A stretch of 64,000 nt of DNA from the NCBI GenBank assembly GCA_965644265.1, contig OZ286464.1, positions 89,528,001 to 89,592,000 on the forward strand. Reading direction: 5' to 3'. The stretch is from Glycera tridactyla (lineage: Eukaryota). Both the position numbers and the translations under genes were made by a program. Numbering within the stretch: position 1 is the first letter of the stretch; the number at the start of each line of letters is the position of its first letter. This document shows positions 12,726-25,360 of the stretch, in pieces. The notes under the pieces are model-generated. The model saw only the letters and a list, made by a program, of their open reading frames with translations, made no database searches and was not told where the DNA came from.

Positions 12726-13560
12726 CCCATCCTAAGGCTAATTGCGATCAAAGCAACGACTGGTGAGTCGATCTGTGCATTGCATGATGGGAAGCTGTTG
12801 ATGTGCACGTCTTGGGCAGTATCGTGGGCAGCTGAAGCCATCTGACCACCAACACTTGCCTCCTCCGTCAACCTCCCTGGCAGCTACAGATTCAGGTTGA
12901 ATGTCAGAGGTCATGCTAGCAGGTACGAGGTCATATTGGACATCAGATTCTCTGGGTGAGACCTTTAATACAAAATCAATCTCCAGTTAGATTTCTTTAT
13001 TGTAGAGACGGCTGTTGGTCATTCTCGCCTCCATTCAAAAGTCCAACACATGAATGTAAATCAACACCTACCCTCTGGTTATAGTCCTAAATGACATCTT
13101 TAGCTTCTAAACTTGGAAACTTTCTATGCCAAAAGCTATGAAGCCGTAAATGCATATTGATTTCTATTCCGATGCAGTCATCTCTCTCATCACCTGATAG
13201 ATGGATTCTCATGTTTCAATTAGAATCTGAACCAAATCAAATATTCTTTGGTGATGCAATCTTTTTTTCTTTTCCACTGTCATCAACATTCCACCCCAGG
13301 TCACCATTGTTCGCAATGAAGACAGGAACAAACATAGCCTTCACTGAAGGCGGACCTCGCCTTGGCAAAGCCACACAACACGCAGCTTCAAGAAAGGCAT
13401 TTATATCTAAAGTTTACACAAACAAAAGAGTGCAGCTTCTTTGATGGGTGCATACAGTTCCTGATTGCATAGGAAGACCCAATACATAATGATGCTTGGA
13501 AGGGTACCTTTCCTCAAAAAGAATCTTTTTGAAAAAGTAAATTTCTCTAAAATAACAGTA

Positions 13561-13765
13561 CAGGGCTCTACGCTAGTGGTTCCCCTACTGGCACAGGCAG
13601 GCAGGTGATTTTATCAATCTGCCTACCTGATGGACGGGTACCTAACCCTTATTTGGGCTATGATCATATGCAGGAGGGCAGGTGAAAATGACAGGGAGGG
13701 CAGGTAAAAATCCTACTTCATCTGCCCGAATAACAGCTGAAGAAAAAAGTGAACGGAAAGCCCTG
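13561..13765. mobile_element. CAGGG-terminated MITE with 5-bp TSD, nested in HINE-B copy 1
   Basis: CAGGGCT...AGCCCTG; CAGTA at 13556-13560 and 13766-13770; GGGCAGGT internal motifs. Confidence 0.75.
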
Positions 13766-13879
13766 CAGTAGGGCTAATGGGCAATCCCATACATGGCTGA
13801 GAATCAATGAGGGATGCTTTGGCTAGGAACAATGTTCATCATCATAAAAATCCATTTCTGAAAAACCAATTTCCCCCTG

Positions 13880-14370
13880 AAATCTATCAGGCATGGCTGG
13901 CATTCATTCGGGAAGGCTATGAATTCCATCCACGCCAAGTTTGGTGTGGCTATGAACAGCCAAGATCTTTAGAAAAATCCATTTCTGAAAAACCAATTTT
14001 CACCTCTAAACCAACCAGGCCTTTTGGGAGACCCCATCTATGGCTGGCATTCATCAGGGAATGCTATGAATTGCATCCATGCCAAGTTTGGTGTGGCAAT
14101 GAACAGCCATCATCTTTAGAAAAATCCATTTCTGAAAAAACAATTTTCACCCCAAAACCAACCAGGCCTTTTGGGAGACCCCATCTATGGCTGGCATTCA
14201 TTAGGGAATGCTATGAATTGCATCCAAGCCAAGTTTGGAGTGGCTACGAAGGGCCACCATCTTTAGAAAAATCCATTTCTGAAAAAATAATTTTCACCCC
14301 AAAACCAACCAGGCCCTTTGGGAGACCCCATCTATGGCTGACATTCATCAGGAGATGCAATAAAATGCAT
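13880..14370. repeat. Same 147-bp repeat, about 3-4 units, inside HINE-B copy 1
   Basis: Units homologous to the 18280-20815 array. Confidence 0.9.
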
Positions 14371-15150
14371 CCTTGTTGAGTTTGGTGTTTTCCGATACTC
14401 AAAAATCACTGAAATTGTCAAGAGTCCAGTCATTTAAAAAAAGTGAGGTTTTATCCCAAATCTACGATACATCACACGACTGGCATGCATACGGCCGTGG
14501 TGATGGTTGGATGCCCCCCCCCCCCCTCCAGAATACACTGGAGCATGTGTACGTCAAATCTGGTGGAGGTAGGGCCATGGTTGAAGAGTGACCTGACCTG
14601 AACAAAAACTAAGACGTAAAGTCCAATTCCCCACAAATGAGCAATTTCACCCAAAAATCACTACCCTGAACTGAGATACTGCTGATGTGAAGGGTTAACA
14701 TCCCCTGTAACACAATGGAGCATGTGTGCATGAAAACTGGTGATGGTAGGGGCCATTGTTGTGGAGTCACCTGACTCCAACAAAAACTTTGACGTGAAGT
14801 CCATATCCTTAAAAATATGCATTTTTCACCCAAAAATATGATACAAAACTGGGATAATGCTGAATGGATGGATGGACAACTTTCCAAATACTCAAGAGTA
14901 TGTGTGTATGAAATCTGGTGGTGGTAGGGGCCATAGTTGCTGAACTACATACTTCAATGAAAAATTTTGACGTAAAACTTTGACGCAAAACTTTGACGTA
15001 GTGCTTTCTCAATATCATTCCTGAAGTATTATAGCCCATGTGCACAAGATCTGATGATGGTAGAAGGGTTAAAGAGAAACTTTGACATGAAATCTTGCAT
15101 AAAAAAAAACTTTGACGTGAAACTTTGACGTAAAACATTGTAAGAGTGCG

Positions 15151-15185
<35 letters not shown>

Positions 15186-15431
15186 TGATGGGAGGACAAT
15201 ACCTCTCTTCAACTTCGTTGAGGCGAGGTAAAAAGGATAGCGAAAAAGGATAGGGCGATGATTTGAGCTGCGCTGCTATTCAGGCAAAATGTGTCCCTGC
15301 CAATGTATCTCATCCCTAAACAAATTCTCAGCATGACTGTCTGCTAGGTCATGCCTGATTTAGCACTTTGATGAAAAGACAAGTAAAGGAGTTGCCATGA
15401 TTTATCCTTTTGAAACAAACATACCTGCAGG

Positions 15432-15459
15432 CACACACACACACACACACAAACACACA

Positions 15460-15496
<37 letters not shown>
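15432..15496. repeat. (AC)n microsatellite
   Basis: Direct reading. Confidence 0.95.
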
Positions 15497-15498
<2 letters not shown>

Positions 15499-16309
15499 TG
15501 GGTGTGAAAGTCAAGAGAGAAACCTCGCTCGTTTCAGCCTGAAGCTTCATTTATAATGGAAGATGTCTGCGCCCACATGCTTTACCAACTAACACTACCA
15601 AATTGGCTGGCCATAATACGTTCTATTCTGGCACACCAGAATAAATACCATTCATATAGTGATCATCATTCTGGTATTCAATTTTTGTTCTAAATCAATA
15701 TATGATCATCTCTTAGCTCATTTTGTCAGCTGAATAGAGAGAAACCTGTGACAAAAAACAAAAAGTATGTTTGACTATTTCAAATAGAGAATTGTGTTTT
15801 AGAAAGTGGCTTCTCAAACATGTGGTCTTTTATCAGGCTGCCTGCCACATAATTCACTATTTCAGTATAATTGTATTCAGCAACCACCCTCGGGAAATGA
15901 AAAAGAGGTTGCTTAAGACAGGTGGTTGTTTAATACAGGTGAATTATAGTGAACTAGATGCAATCAGTGATTGCGAGTGCCCCGCTGACTGCGCAGTTGG
16001 TTATGCTATGCTTCAGTATTCCCAAGCATATACTATGCAACACAGTCATTATGGTAGTGCTCTCCCCCTCCCACTTCTCTGCTGGCCTGAACGACAAATG
16101 ACCTTCTCACCCTCAGGTAACCTTGAAATCCAATAAAGCCGACCAAAATAAAATCACCTAGTGACGCTGAAATATAACATAGCAAAGCCAAAATCAAATC
16201 AGTTCGTAACTTAGCACTGTGGATGCAATTGCCACATTTCGATTAGGCAACTGCATTCATTGTGACATTTTTGCCCAGCACAGCAAAGTATGACAGACAG
16301 CTGGAAACG

Positions 16310-16604
16310 ACATATGACCTTTTTGCACTCAGGTGACCTTGAAATCCGATGTAGCAAACCCAAAATCGAATCAGTCCTGTCTTTTGGTACTGTGAATGTA
16401 CTCACCAAGTTTCAATTAGATAGCTCTAGTCATTGTGGAGTTAGTGCCCAGAAACCACATATGACCTTTTTGCACTCAGGTGACCTTGAAATCCAATGTA
16501 GCAAACCCAAAATCGAATCAGTTCTGTCTTTTGTTATTGTGAATGTACACACCAAGTTTCAATTAGATAGCTTTAGTCATTGTGGAGTTATTGCCCGAAA
16601 ACCA
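16310..16604. repeat. 147-bp tandem dimer inside HINE-A
   Basis: CATATGACCTTTTTGCACTCAGGTGACCTTG...CCAAGTTTCAATTAG unit repeated twice, 49 codons per unit in the ORF track. Confidence 0.9.
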
Positions 16605-16678
16605 AAACATAGCCTTCACTGAAGGCGGACCTCGCCTTGGCGAAGCCACACAAAACGCCGCTTCAAGAAAGGCATTTA

Positions 16679-18168
16679 CAGTCTAACCTGCTCTAACGAC
16701 CACCTCTCTATAGCGACCACCTCGCTTTAACGACCACCCCTGACCGCGACCAACGTATTTTTCACTATAATTGACCTCTGTATAGCGACCACCTCCCAAC
16801 TCCGACCAGCGACCGCCATTTTTGGTTGAGGAACCTTCCTATAACGACCGCCCGGCCGCACTCGAGACCGTGAAATCTGCTCAGATTCCGCTTGCTCGCC
16901 TCTCAGATGAGCTCACTTCCCCCGCCTACAAGCTAGCAGCGGCCGGTCTCCCTCCTCCAGCGACCGCCCGATCAAACTCGACACCGTAAAATCTGCTCAG
17001 ATTCCGCTTGCTCGCCTCTCAGATGAGCTCACTTCCCCCGCCTACGAGCTAGCAGTGGCCGGTCTCCCTCCTCCACCGACCGCCCGATCAAACTCGACAC
17101 CGTAAAATCTGCTCAGATCCCGCTTGCTCGCCTCTCAGATGAGCTCACTTCCCCCGCCTACAAGCTAGCAGCGGCCGGTCTCCCTCCTCCAGCGACCGCC
17201 CGTAAAATCTGCTCAGATTCCGCTTGCTCCCCTCTCAGATGAGCTCACTTCCCCCGCCTACAAGCTAGCAGCGGCCGGTCTCCCTCCTCCAGCGACCGCC
17301 GGTAAAATCTGCTCAGATTCCGCTTGCTCGCCTCTCAGATGAGCTCACTTCCCCAGCCTACGAGCTAGCAGCGGCCGGTCTCCCTCCTCCAGCAACCGCC
17401 CGTAAAATCTGCTCAGATTCCGCTTGCTCGCCTCTCAGATGAGCTCACTTCCCCCGCCTACGAGCTAGCAGCGGGCGGTCTCCCTCCTCCAGCGACCGCC
17501 CGTAAAATCTGCTCAGATTCCGCTTGCTCGCCTCTCAGATGAGCTCACTTCCCCCGCCTACAAGCTAGCAGCGGCCGGTCTCCCTCCTCCAGCGACCGCC
17601 GGTAAAATCTGCTCAGATTCCGCTTGCTCGCCTCTCAGATGAGCTCACTTCCCCAGCCTACGAGCTAGCAGCGGCCGGTCTCCCTCCTCCAGCAACCGCC
17701 CGTAAAATCTGCTCAGATTCCGCTCGCTCGCCTCTCAGATGAGCTCACTTCCCCCGCCTACGAGCTAGCAGCGGTCGGTCTCCCTCCTCCACCGACCACC
17801 CGGCCGCGCTCGAGACCGTGAAATCTGCTCAGATTCCGCTGTTGACATCTCGCGACGAGAGCCCCATGAAAGCAGGTCGCTGATTGGTCGATTTCGCCAT
17901 GATCTCGGCGATTTGGCCAATCAGGGATCGTGACAGATATCTGTGTCGGTTCTTTATCACCTCCAGCGTTAAAGATGGCACTGGGTCTTCCGAAAGTGAC
18001 GAAACTCGCAGGCGAATTTGACAAATGAACTTCGTTTTCGCGACTTTCAGATGCAATCCAACAGAAATTTTGGTTGTATTACAGGTGAACCTCTCTATAG
18101 CGGCCACCTCTCTGTAACGACCACTCCGGCAGTCAACCGAGGGTGGTCGTTATAGAGAGGTTTGACTG
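16679..18168. mobile_element. Tc1/mariner-like non-autonomous element with internal 100/116-bp tandem array
   Basis: Termini CAGTCTAACCT...AGGTTTGACTG with TA on both sides. The paralogous empty site in HINE-B copy 1 (AGGCATTTATATCTAAAG, about 13395-13412) confirms the boundaries and the TA duplication. Confidence 0.88.
16868..17838. repeat. GC-rich tandem array, about 9 units of 100 bp or 116-117 bp
   Basis: GT(A/G)AAATCTGCTCAG starts at 16870, 16986, 17102, 17202, 17302, 17402, 17502, 17602, 17702, 17819. Confidence 0.95.
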
Positions 18169-18279
18169 TATATCTAAAGTTTACACAAACAAAACAGTGC
18201 TGCTCCTTCGATGGGTGCATACAGTTCCTGATTGCATAGGAAGACCCAATACATAATTATGCTTGGAAAGGTACCCCAT

Positions 18280-20815
18280 CCATTGCTGGCATTCATTAGG
18301 GAATGCTATGAATTGCATCCATGCCAAGTTTGGTGTGGCTATGAACAGCCACCATCTTTAGAAAAATCCATTTCTGAAAAAACCAATTTTCACCCCAAAA
18401 CTAACCAGGCCTTTTGCGAGACCCCATCTATGGCTGGCATTCATTAGGGAATGCTATGAATTGCATCCACGCCAAGTTTCATGTGGCTATGTACAGCCAC
18501 CATCTTCAGAAAAATCCATTTCTGAAAAAAACAAGTTTCACCCAAAAACCAAACAGGCCTTTTGGGTGACCGCATCTATGGCTGGCATTCACTAGGGAAT
18601 GCTATGAATTGCATCCACATCAAGTTTTGTGTGACTATGAACGACCACCATCTTTAGAAAAATCCATTTCTGAAAAACCAAGTTTCACCCCAAAACCAAC
18701 CACGCCTTTTGCGAGACCCCATCTATGGCTGGCATTCACTAGGGAATGCTATGGATTGCATCCACACCAAGTTTTGTGTGGCTATGAACAGCCCCCATTT
18801 TCAGGAAAATCCATTTCTGAAAAAACAATTTTCACCCAAAAACCAAACAGGCCTTTTTGGGAGACCCCATCCATGGCTGGCATTCACTAGGGAATGCTAT
18901 GAATTGCATCCACGCCAAGTTTCGTGTGGCTATGAACAGCCACCATCTTTAGAAAAATCCATTTCTGAAAAACCAAGTTTCACCCCAAAACCAAACAGGC
19001 CTTTTGCGAGACCCCATCTATGGCTGACATTCAATAGGGAATGCTATGAATTGCATCCACGCCAAGTTTCGTGTGGCTATGAACAGCCCCCATTTTCAGG
19101 AAAATCCATTTCTGATAAAACAATTTTCACCCCAAAACCAACCAGGCCTTTTGCGAGACCCCATCTATGGCTGGCATTCATTAGGGAATGCTATGAATTG
19201 CATCCACGCCAAGTTTCGTGTGGCTATGTACAGCCACCATCTTCAGAAAAATCCATTTCTGAAGAACCAATTTTCACCCAAAAACCAAACAGGCCTTTTG
19301 GGAGACCCCATCTATGGCTGGCATTCACTAGGGAATGCTATGAATTGCATCCACACCAAGTTTCGTGTGGCTATGAACAGCCCCCATTTTCAGAAAAATC
19401 CATTTCTGAAAAACCAATTTTCACCCAAAAACCAACCAGGCCTTATGCGAGACCCCATTCATGGCTGACATTCATTAGGGAATGCTATGAATTGCGCACA
19501 CGCCAAGTTTCGTGTGGCTATGTACAGCCCTCATCTTTAGAAAAATCAATTTCTGAACAAACAATTTTCACCCAAAAACCAAACAGGCCTTTTTGGGAGA
19601 CCCCATCTATGGCTGGCATTCACTAGGGAATGCTATGGATTGCATCCACCCCAAGTTTCGTGTGGCTATGAACAGCCACCATCTTGAGAAAAATCCATTT
19701 CTGAAAAACCAAGTTTCACCCCAAAACCAAACAGGCCATTTGGGAGACCCCATCTATGGCTGGCATTCACTAGGGAATGCTATGAATTGCATCCACGCCA
19801 AGTTTCGTGTGGCTATGAACAGCCCCCATTTTCAGAAAAATCCATTTCTGATAAAACAATATTCACCCCAAAACCGAACAGGCTTTTTGGGAGACCCCAT
19901 CTATGGCTGGCATTCATTAGGGAATGCTATGAATTGCATCCACGCCAAGTTTCGTGTGGCTATGAACAGCCACCATCTTTAGAAAAATCCATTTCTGATA
20001 AAACAATTTTCACCCCAAAACCAATCAGGCCTATTGGGAGACCGCATCTATGGCTGGCATTCACTAGGGAATGCTATGAATTGCATCCACGCCAAGTTTC
20101 GTGTGGCTATGAACAGCCACCATCTTCAGAAAAATCCATTTCTGAAAAACCAGATTTCACCCCAAAACCAATCAGGCCTATTGGGAGACCCCATCCATGG
20201 CTGGCATTCACTAGGGAATGCTATGAATTGCATCCACGCCAAGTTTCGTGTGGCTATGAACAGCCACCATCTTTAGAAAAATCCATTTCTGATAAAACAA
20301 TTTTCACCCCAAAACCAATCAGGCCTATTGGGAGACCCCATCTATGGCTGGCATTCACTAGGGAATGCTATGGATTGCATCCACACCAAGTTTTGTGTGG
20401 CTATGAACAGCCCCCATTTTCAGGAAAATCCATTTCTGAAAAAACAATTTTCACCCAAAAACCAAACAGGCCTTTTTGGGAGACCCCATCTATTGCTGGC
20501 ATTCACTAGGGAATGCTATGAATTGCATCCACGCCAAGTTTCGTGTGGCTATGAACAGCCACCATCTTCAGAAAAATCCATTTCTGAAAAACCAAGTTTC
20601 ACCCCAAAACCAAACAGGCCTTTTGCGAGACCCCATCTATGGCTGGCATTCACTAGGGAATGCTATGAATTGCATCCACGCCAAGTTTCGTGTGGCTATG
20701 AACAGCCCCCATTTTCAGGAAAATCCATTTCTGATAAAACAATTTTCACCCCAAAACCAACCAGGCCTTTTGCGAGACCCCATCTATGGCTGGCATTCAT
20801 TAGGAAATGCAATAG
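18280..20815. repeat. 147-bp tandem array, about 17 units, inside HINE-B copy 2
   Basis: GGGAATGCTATG recurs every 147-148 bp from about 18299 to 20655. Confidence 0.95.
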
Positions 20816-22901
20816 AATGCATCCTTGTTGAGTTTGGTGTGTCCCGGTACTGAAAAATCACTGAAATTGTCAGAGTCCAGTCATTTAAAAAAAGTGAGCT
20901 TTTATCCCAAATCCACGATACATCACATGACTGGCATGCATACTGCTGTGGTGATGGTTGGATGCCCCTTCCTCCCCCCCCCCCCCCCCGAATACACTGG
21001 AGCATGTGTACATCAAACCTGGTGGAGGTAGGGGCCATGGTTGAAGAGTGACCTGACCTGAAGAAAAACTAAGACGTAAAGTCCAATTTCCCACAAATGA
21101 GCAATTTCACCATAAAATCACTACCCTGAACTGAGATACTGCTCCTATGAAGGGTGAACATCCCCTGTAATACAATGGAGCATGTGTGCATGAAAACTGG
21201 TGATGATAGGGGCCATGGTTGTGGAGTCACCTGACTCCAACAAAAACTGACGTGAAGTCCATATCCTCAAAAATATGCTTTTTTCACCCAAAAATATGAT
21301 ACAAAACTGAGATAATGCTGAATGGATGGATGGACACCTTTCCCAAAACTCAGGAGTATGTGTGTATGAAATCTGGTGGCGGTAGGGGCCATAGTTGCTA
21401 AGGTACAGACTTCAATGAAAAACTTTGACGTAAAACTTTGACGTAAAACTTTGACGTAAAACTTTGACGTAGTGCTCTCTTAATATCATTCCTGATGTAT
21501 TATAGCCCATGTGCACAAGATCTGATGATGGCAGAAGGGTTAAAGACAAACTTTGACATGAAATCTTGCAGAAAAAAAAACTTTGACGTAAAACTTTGAC
21601 ATAAAACATTGTAAGAGTGCGGACGCGGACGCCGACGCCGACGCCGACGCTGATGCGAGGACAATACCTCTCTTCAACTTCGTTGAGGCGAGGTAAAAAT
21701 CACGCACCCACGCACCTACGCACCCACGAAACCACGCACCCTCGCACCCACGCACGCACACTCGTCCATAGCACATCCGCACAGAGGGTCAAGGCGAAAA
21801 CATACTGCCCCGCTCGGGTAACCGAGGCGGGGCACAAAAATACTCTGGTGGGATTTTGAAAAGTGGCTGCGCAAGACAGCTGGTTGCTGAATACAGTGAT
21901 TGCTCAATACAGGTTTGACTATATTGTATTGAAGGCAATCACTTGTATTCTGTTGGGGGCATTATAAGTAAAGGCTTTGATACTCCACCTTCATGGATTG
22001 ATTAGCTTCAACTGCAGTGCATTCAATACAAAAAGATCTGTCATAAAAGATATGACAGTTCATCCTATGCTGATATTTGGTACCAGATGATCTATTTCCA
22101 GCATATGTTCATTCCATCATCAAGAATCAGGTACCGGTATGTGTCAAAAAAAGTCAATGCTTTTAAAGGGGAAAGTAGGCTCTTCAACCAAATATCATCA
22201 TCAAAACAACTGTCTTTATATCTATGCATATATGTCCCAATCCTGCACTCATCCGTCTAAAGAAAGTATATTTGTATCTACATACAAACTGTACCTACTG
22301 GGAATCAGGACACAAACTAATATCGTATAAGATTATACAAAAACATCACATTTCAACTAAATATTGTCTCAAACAATGCAGTCTCTTGTCCAAGGTATGT
22401 TTGACTATGTCAAATAAAAAAGTTGCCCTGAAAAAAGTGGTCACTCATCAATGGTTCTCTTGTCACATGTTTATCTGTATGATGCACTTCAAGCACCTAA
22501 ATTGTGGGGTATTTTGATACATCAATACTTCTGTGGCTGGAATGAATCCATTGTATGTCAATGCAGATAATGCTGGGGCTGTGTCCAAGGGTAAAATGGC
22601 AGCTGAATGATGTCCGCCAATCAACTAATGGCCTTGACCTTCAGATTTCAGAGGCCATCTTCTTACTCCGATTCCAAATCCGTCCATCAACAAATTAGGA
22701 GCACCCCAATATTTCAATAGTTCTCTGCTTATGTTATACTTCTGCATGGAGTGAAGGCTACCAGGGCGCGAGCTGAAAATGGTCGATTGATCGATTGACT
22801 GAGTAATTGATTGATTGATTGACAGATGACTTAGGCATGGTATTTGTAGAGGAAATTAGATTGTCTCTGCAAGTAGCCACTACTATGTGCATCTGTCAGG
22901 C

Positions 22902-23064
22902 NNNNNNNNNNNNNNNNNNNNNNNNNNNNNNNNNNNNNNNNNNNNNNNNNNNNNNNNNNNNNNNNNNNNNNNNNNNNNNNNNNNNNNNNNNNNNNNNNNN
23001 NNNNNNNNNNNNNNNNNNNNNNNNNNNNNNNNNNNNNNNNNNNNNNNNNNNNNNNNNNNNNNNN
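22902..23064. other. Assembly gap
   Basis: N run. Confidence 1.
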
Positions 23065-24029
23065 ATATTAAATGACCACATCAGCAGAATCGTGAACAAC
23101 CACAACAGAGTTCAGTTGGGCATTCACAACGCCACATTGACCACTACTCACTGGGCCCAAAACTTCTCGGGTGTGGGCATCTCTCTCTTTTCCGTTCAAA
23201 TCTTTTATCTTTACAGGCGGACAACAGCAGTACGATCTCACAAGAATACATCTAGTATCTGGTATGCTGCATTGCTGCAGCTACATGTACCAACCAATGA
23301 GATTTCTCTAGAATGAGGTCGACACAAGTGAGACAGCAAGGCTCCCGGACTAATTGGCAGTCTACTTCCTGTCCACTCTGGGGTCTCTGGTTGGAAGAGG
23401 TCGTCAAGTAGTTCCTTTTCCTCCACCATTGTAAAGCCACATCGAATTGAAACATGAGATGTGAGCGGTCCGTGTGGAACGGATTCCTCCATAGAAATAT
23501 GGTACATGTATCCAAGAAAAGTAATAAATGGATTCACACGTTGCCCTGATGTTTAAGTGACACGATGAAACTTTATATGCCCAGGGGATGAAGACTGAAC
23601 GAATTGCAGTTTTTTTTAAGGAAAACCTCGATACGCAACTTGTGGGCGATGTAGAGCAAGGTTACTTCTCCGAAAACTGCAATCAGTGATGTTTGTGATG
23701 TCAGCAAATTAGATGATTTGCTCTGAAATCGATCTACTCAATTGAAATGGCTTTTTATTCAACTAATCAATGTTACCTTGTCAGAATTGATTTTATTGCT
23801 TTCCATTTTTTGAGAAAGTTTCATTAAATGTATTTCTCTCTGTTAAGTATATATCTCTATCTTTCAATGTCCAGAATACACTGGAACAATCAAGTCCTAG
23901 TCACCATTTCCTTAATTCTAATTTGTCAATCCTTCACTCTCCATCACCTTATGACACTACTGCCTTCTCATTTCTATAGTCATGTCATTAACCCCCTGCT
24001 CTTGTCACTGGGCAACCATAGACTGATCA

Positions 24030-24262
24030 TGATTTGTTTGTTTGTGATTTAACTGCAATGTATAAACACAGATGATTACGTATGTCATGTGTTCCTGGTC
24101 AATGAAAGGTGGATGTTCTGTCCCCAGCTGCCATCACTTACACAAACCCCGAACACAAGATGATGGGGGACCTGAAAGGTTGTCAAGTGGAAGTAGCTGA
24201 CAGTTCAGACACACCTCTACCTACTCAACATAAACATACTGAACCTATTAATGGCATATCTA
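24030..24262 (-). mobile_element. Retroposon 3'-end family copy C
   Basis: Same block with TTTG tail. Confidence 0.7.
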
Positions 24263-25360
24263 CAGCCAAGGTGGTAAGAAAGGTTGTAGGAATGCACGGT
24301 CATCCTTATCGATGGATCAGAGTGGTCAGTGAGGGTGATGTTTGCTCGGCAACCATCGGAGGACAACACACAGATTAGCCGTTCACTCATCCCACCTCAC
24401 ACAAGTCATCCCACCTTTCACGGAGAGACAAGAAATCAATGCCTGGCACCACTTGACCATACACTGGAGTTCACCACTTCTATAGCTGCATTAGCTGCAA
24501 CAGCCATTGACCAGTTAGCCAGAGGCTAAAGCATTTCTTATCAGGCTAAAGAAATTGAGAAATTAACCAAACTGGAATAAATCAGAATGGATCAACAGTA
24601 GGGGGAGGGGGTATCCTCTCTCAAACAAACTCAAAATCATAGTCAGCAAAAAATCTAAGTAATCTCACAATGACTTGCCAGAATGTTCACCAAAATACAA
24701 TCATTATCTCGGGATACTTTTGGAAATGTCAAAACATATTGAGAGTGAATCATATGAAAAATAAAGTTCCTTTCCAAATTTACCCCATTTTCAAGAGACC
24801 ATAACTGGCACCTTGGAGCTGATTTGGCTGTATCTAATCAGACATTACTATTGATTATGATGAAACTGAGATGAGAAAATGCCTATCTTAGGCTGTCATG
24901 GATGGCAGAGGAATGAGACCATGAAGGTTCTACATGGGTGATTAGTGGAAGGGACTCGAAGTGGGGTGTAGCTCCCTCAAAGACTGGTTGCTTGTGATCT
25001 CTATAATGATCCTCTCTCTGTCAGCAGAGGTCGAACTTTCCTACATTCATCCCATACTTTGGGTCCAACATATGGGATAAACATGGGAAATTCCATCCTA
25101 TAAAATGGCAATTATCTGTCATATCAACCAAGATTTTGAATGAACATGGGGAGTTTCCCTCTACACAATGGCAAAATTGTACTCTTATGATGCCCAAGAT
25201 AAGGAGTGAAAGTGAAAAATTCCTTCCTATACCATAGCAATTACTCTTTGTATCATCACAAATTTGGAGTGAACATAGACGATTTCACCCCACACGATGT
25301 TAATTACATTCTATAATACCAAAGATTTGGTGTAAACATGGCATCCTATGCTATAGCACT

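Larger units (their letters stand above)
13330..15234 (-). mobile_element. Helentron-associated non-autonomous element (HINE/DINE-1-like), family B copy 1
   Basis: subTIR pair ACCTCGCCT (13354-13362) / AGGCGAGGT (15221-15229); palindrome CCTTCACTGAAGG (13338-13350) outside the left subTIR; terminal stem-loop; (GACGCC)n microsatellite; central 147-bp repeats; A-run flank. Collinear with copy 2. Confidence 0.8.
16605..21699 (-). mobile_element. HINE family B copy 2, with expanded 147-bp array and a nested MITE
   Basis: Same termini as copy 1: CCTTCACTGAAGG 16613-16625, ACCTCGCCT 16629-16637, AGGCGAGGTAAAAA 21686-21699. 20815-21699 aligns with 14365-15234. Confidence 0.82.
15952..21840 (-). mobile_element. 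HINE family A, host of HINE-B copy 2
   Basis: Perfect 9-bp subTIR GTGCCCCGC (15977-15985) / GCGGGGCAC (21827-21835); palindrome GCAATCAGTGATTGC (15960-15974); terminal hairpin at 21807-21833; CACGCACC-type microsatellite 21700-21760; two 147-bp repeats. Confidence 0.75.
15863..21921. mobile_element. Older Tc1/mariner-like MITE split by HINE-A
   Basis: Left half 15863-15951 (TGTATTCAGCAACCACC...GGTTGCTTAAGACAGGTGG...ATAGTGAA) and right half 21841-21921 (TACTC...CTCAATACAGGTTTGACTA) rejoin into the TGAAAATACT core seen in other window copies; left TIR degenerate. Confidence 0.55.

Noticed and set aside
12738-12962. Minus-strand terminal exon candidate VSPRESDVQY...CFDRN-stop
   Set aside because: No recognisable homology, modest acceptor, and it ends next to a MITE.
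13807-14379. 190-aa ORF
   Set aside because: Same 147-bp repeat translated; no independent coding evidence.
18232-20853. Long overlapping ORFs (up to 305 aa) with Cys/His-containing 49-aa repeats
   Set aside because: A by-product of a 147-bp monomer divisible by three; 1-bp insertions shift the frame repeatedly, and the array lies inside a non-autonomous element.
23065-23537. Moderately GC-rich ORFs beside the gap
   Set aside because: Several frames are equally open, with no motif or splice support.
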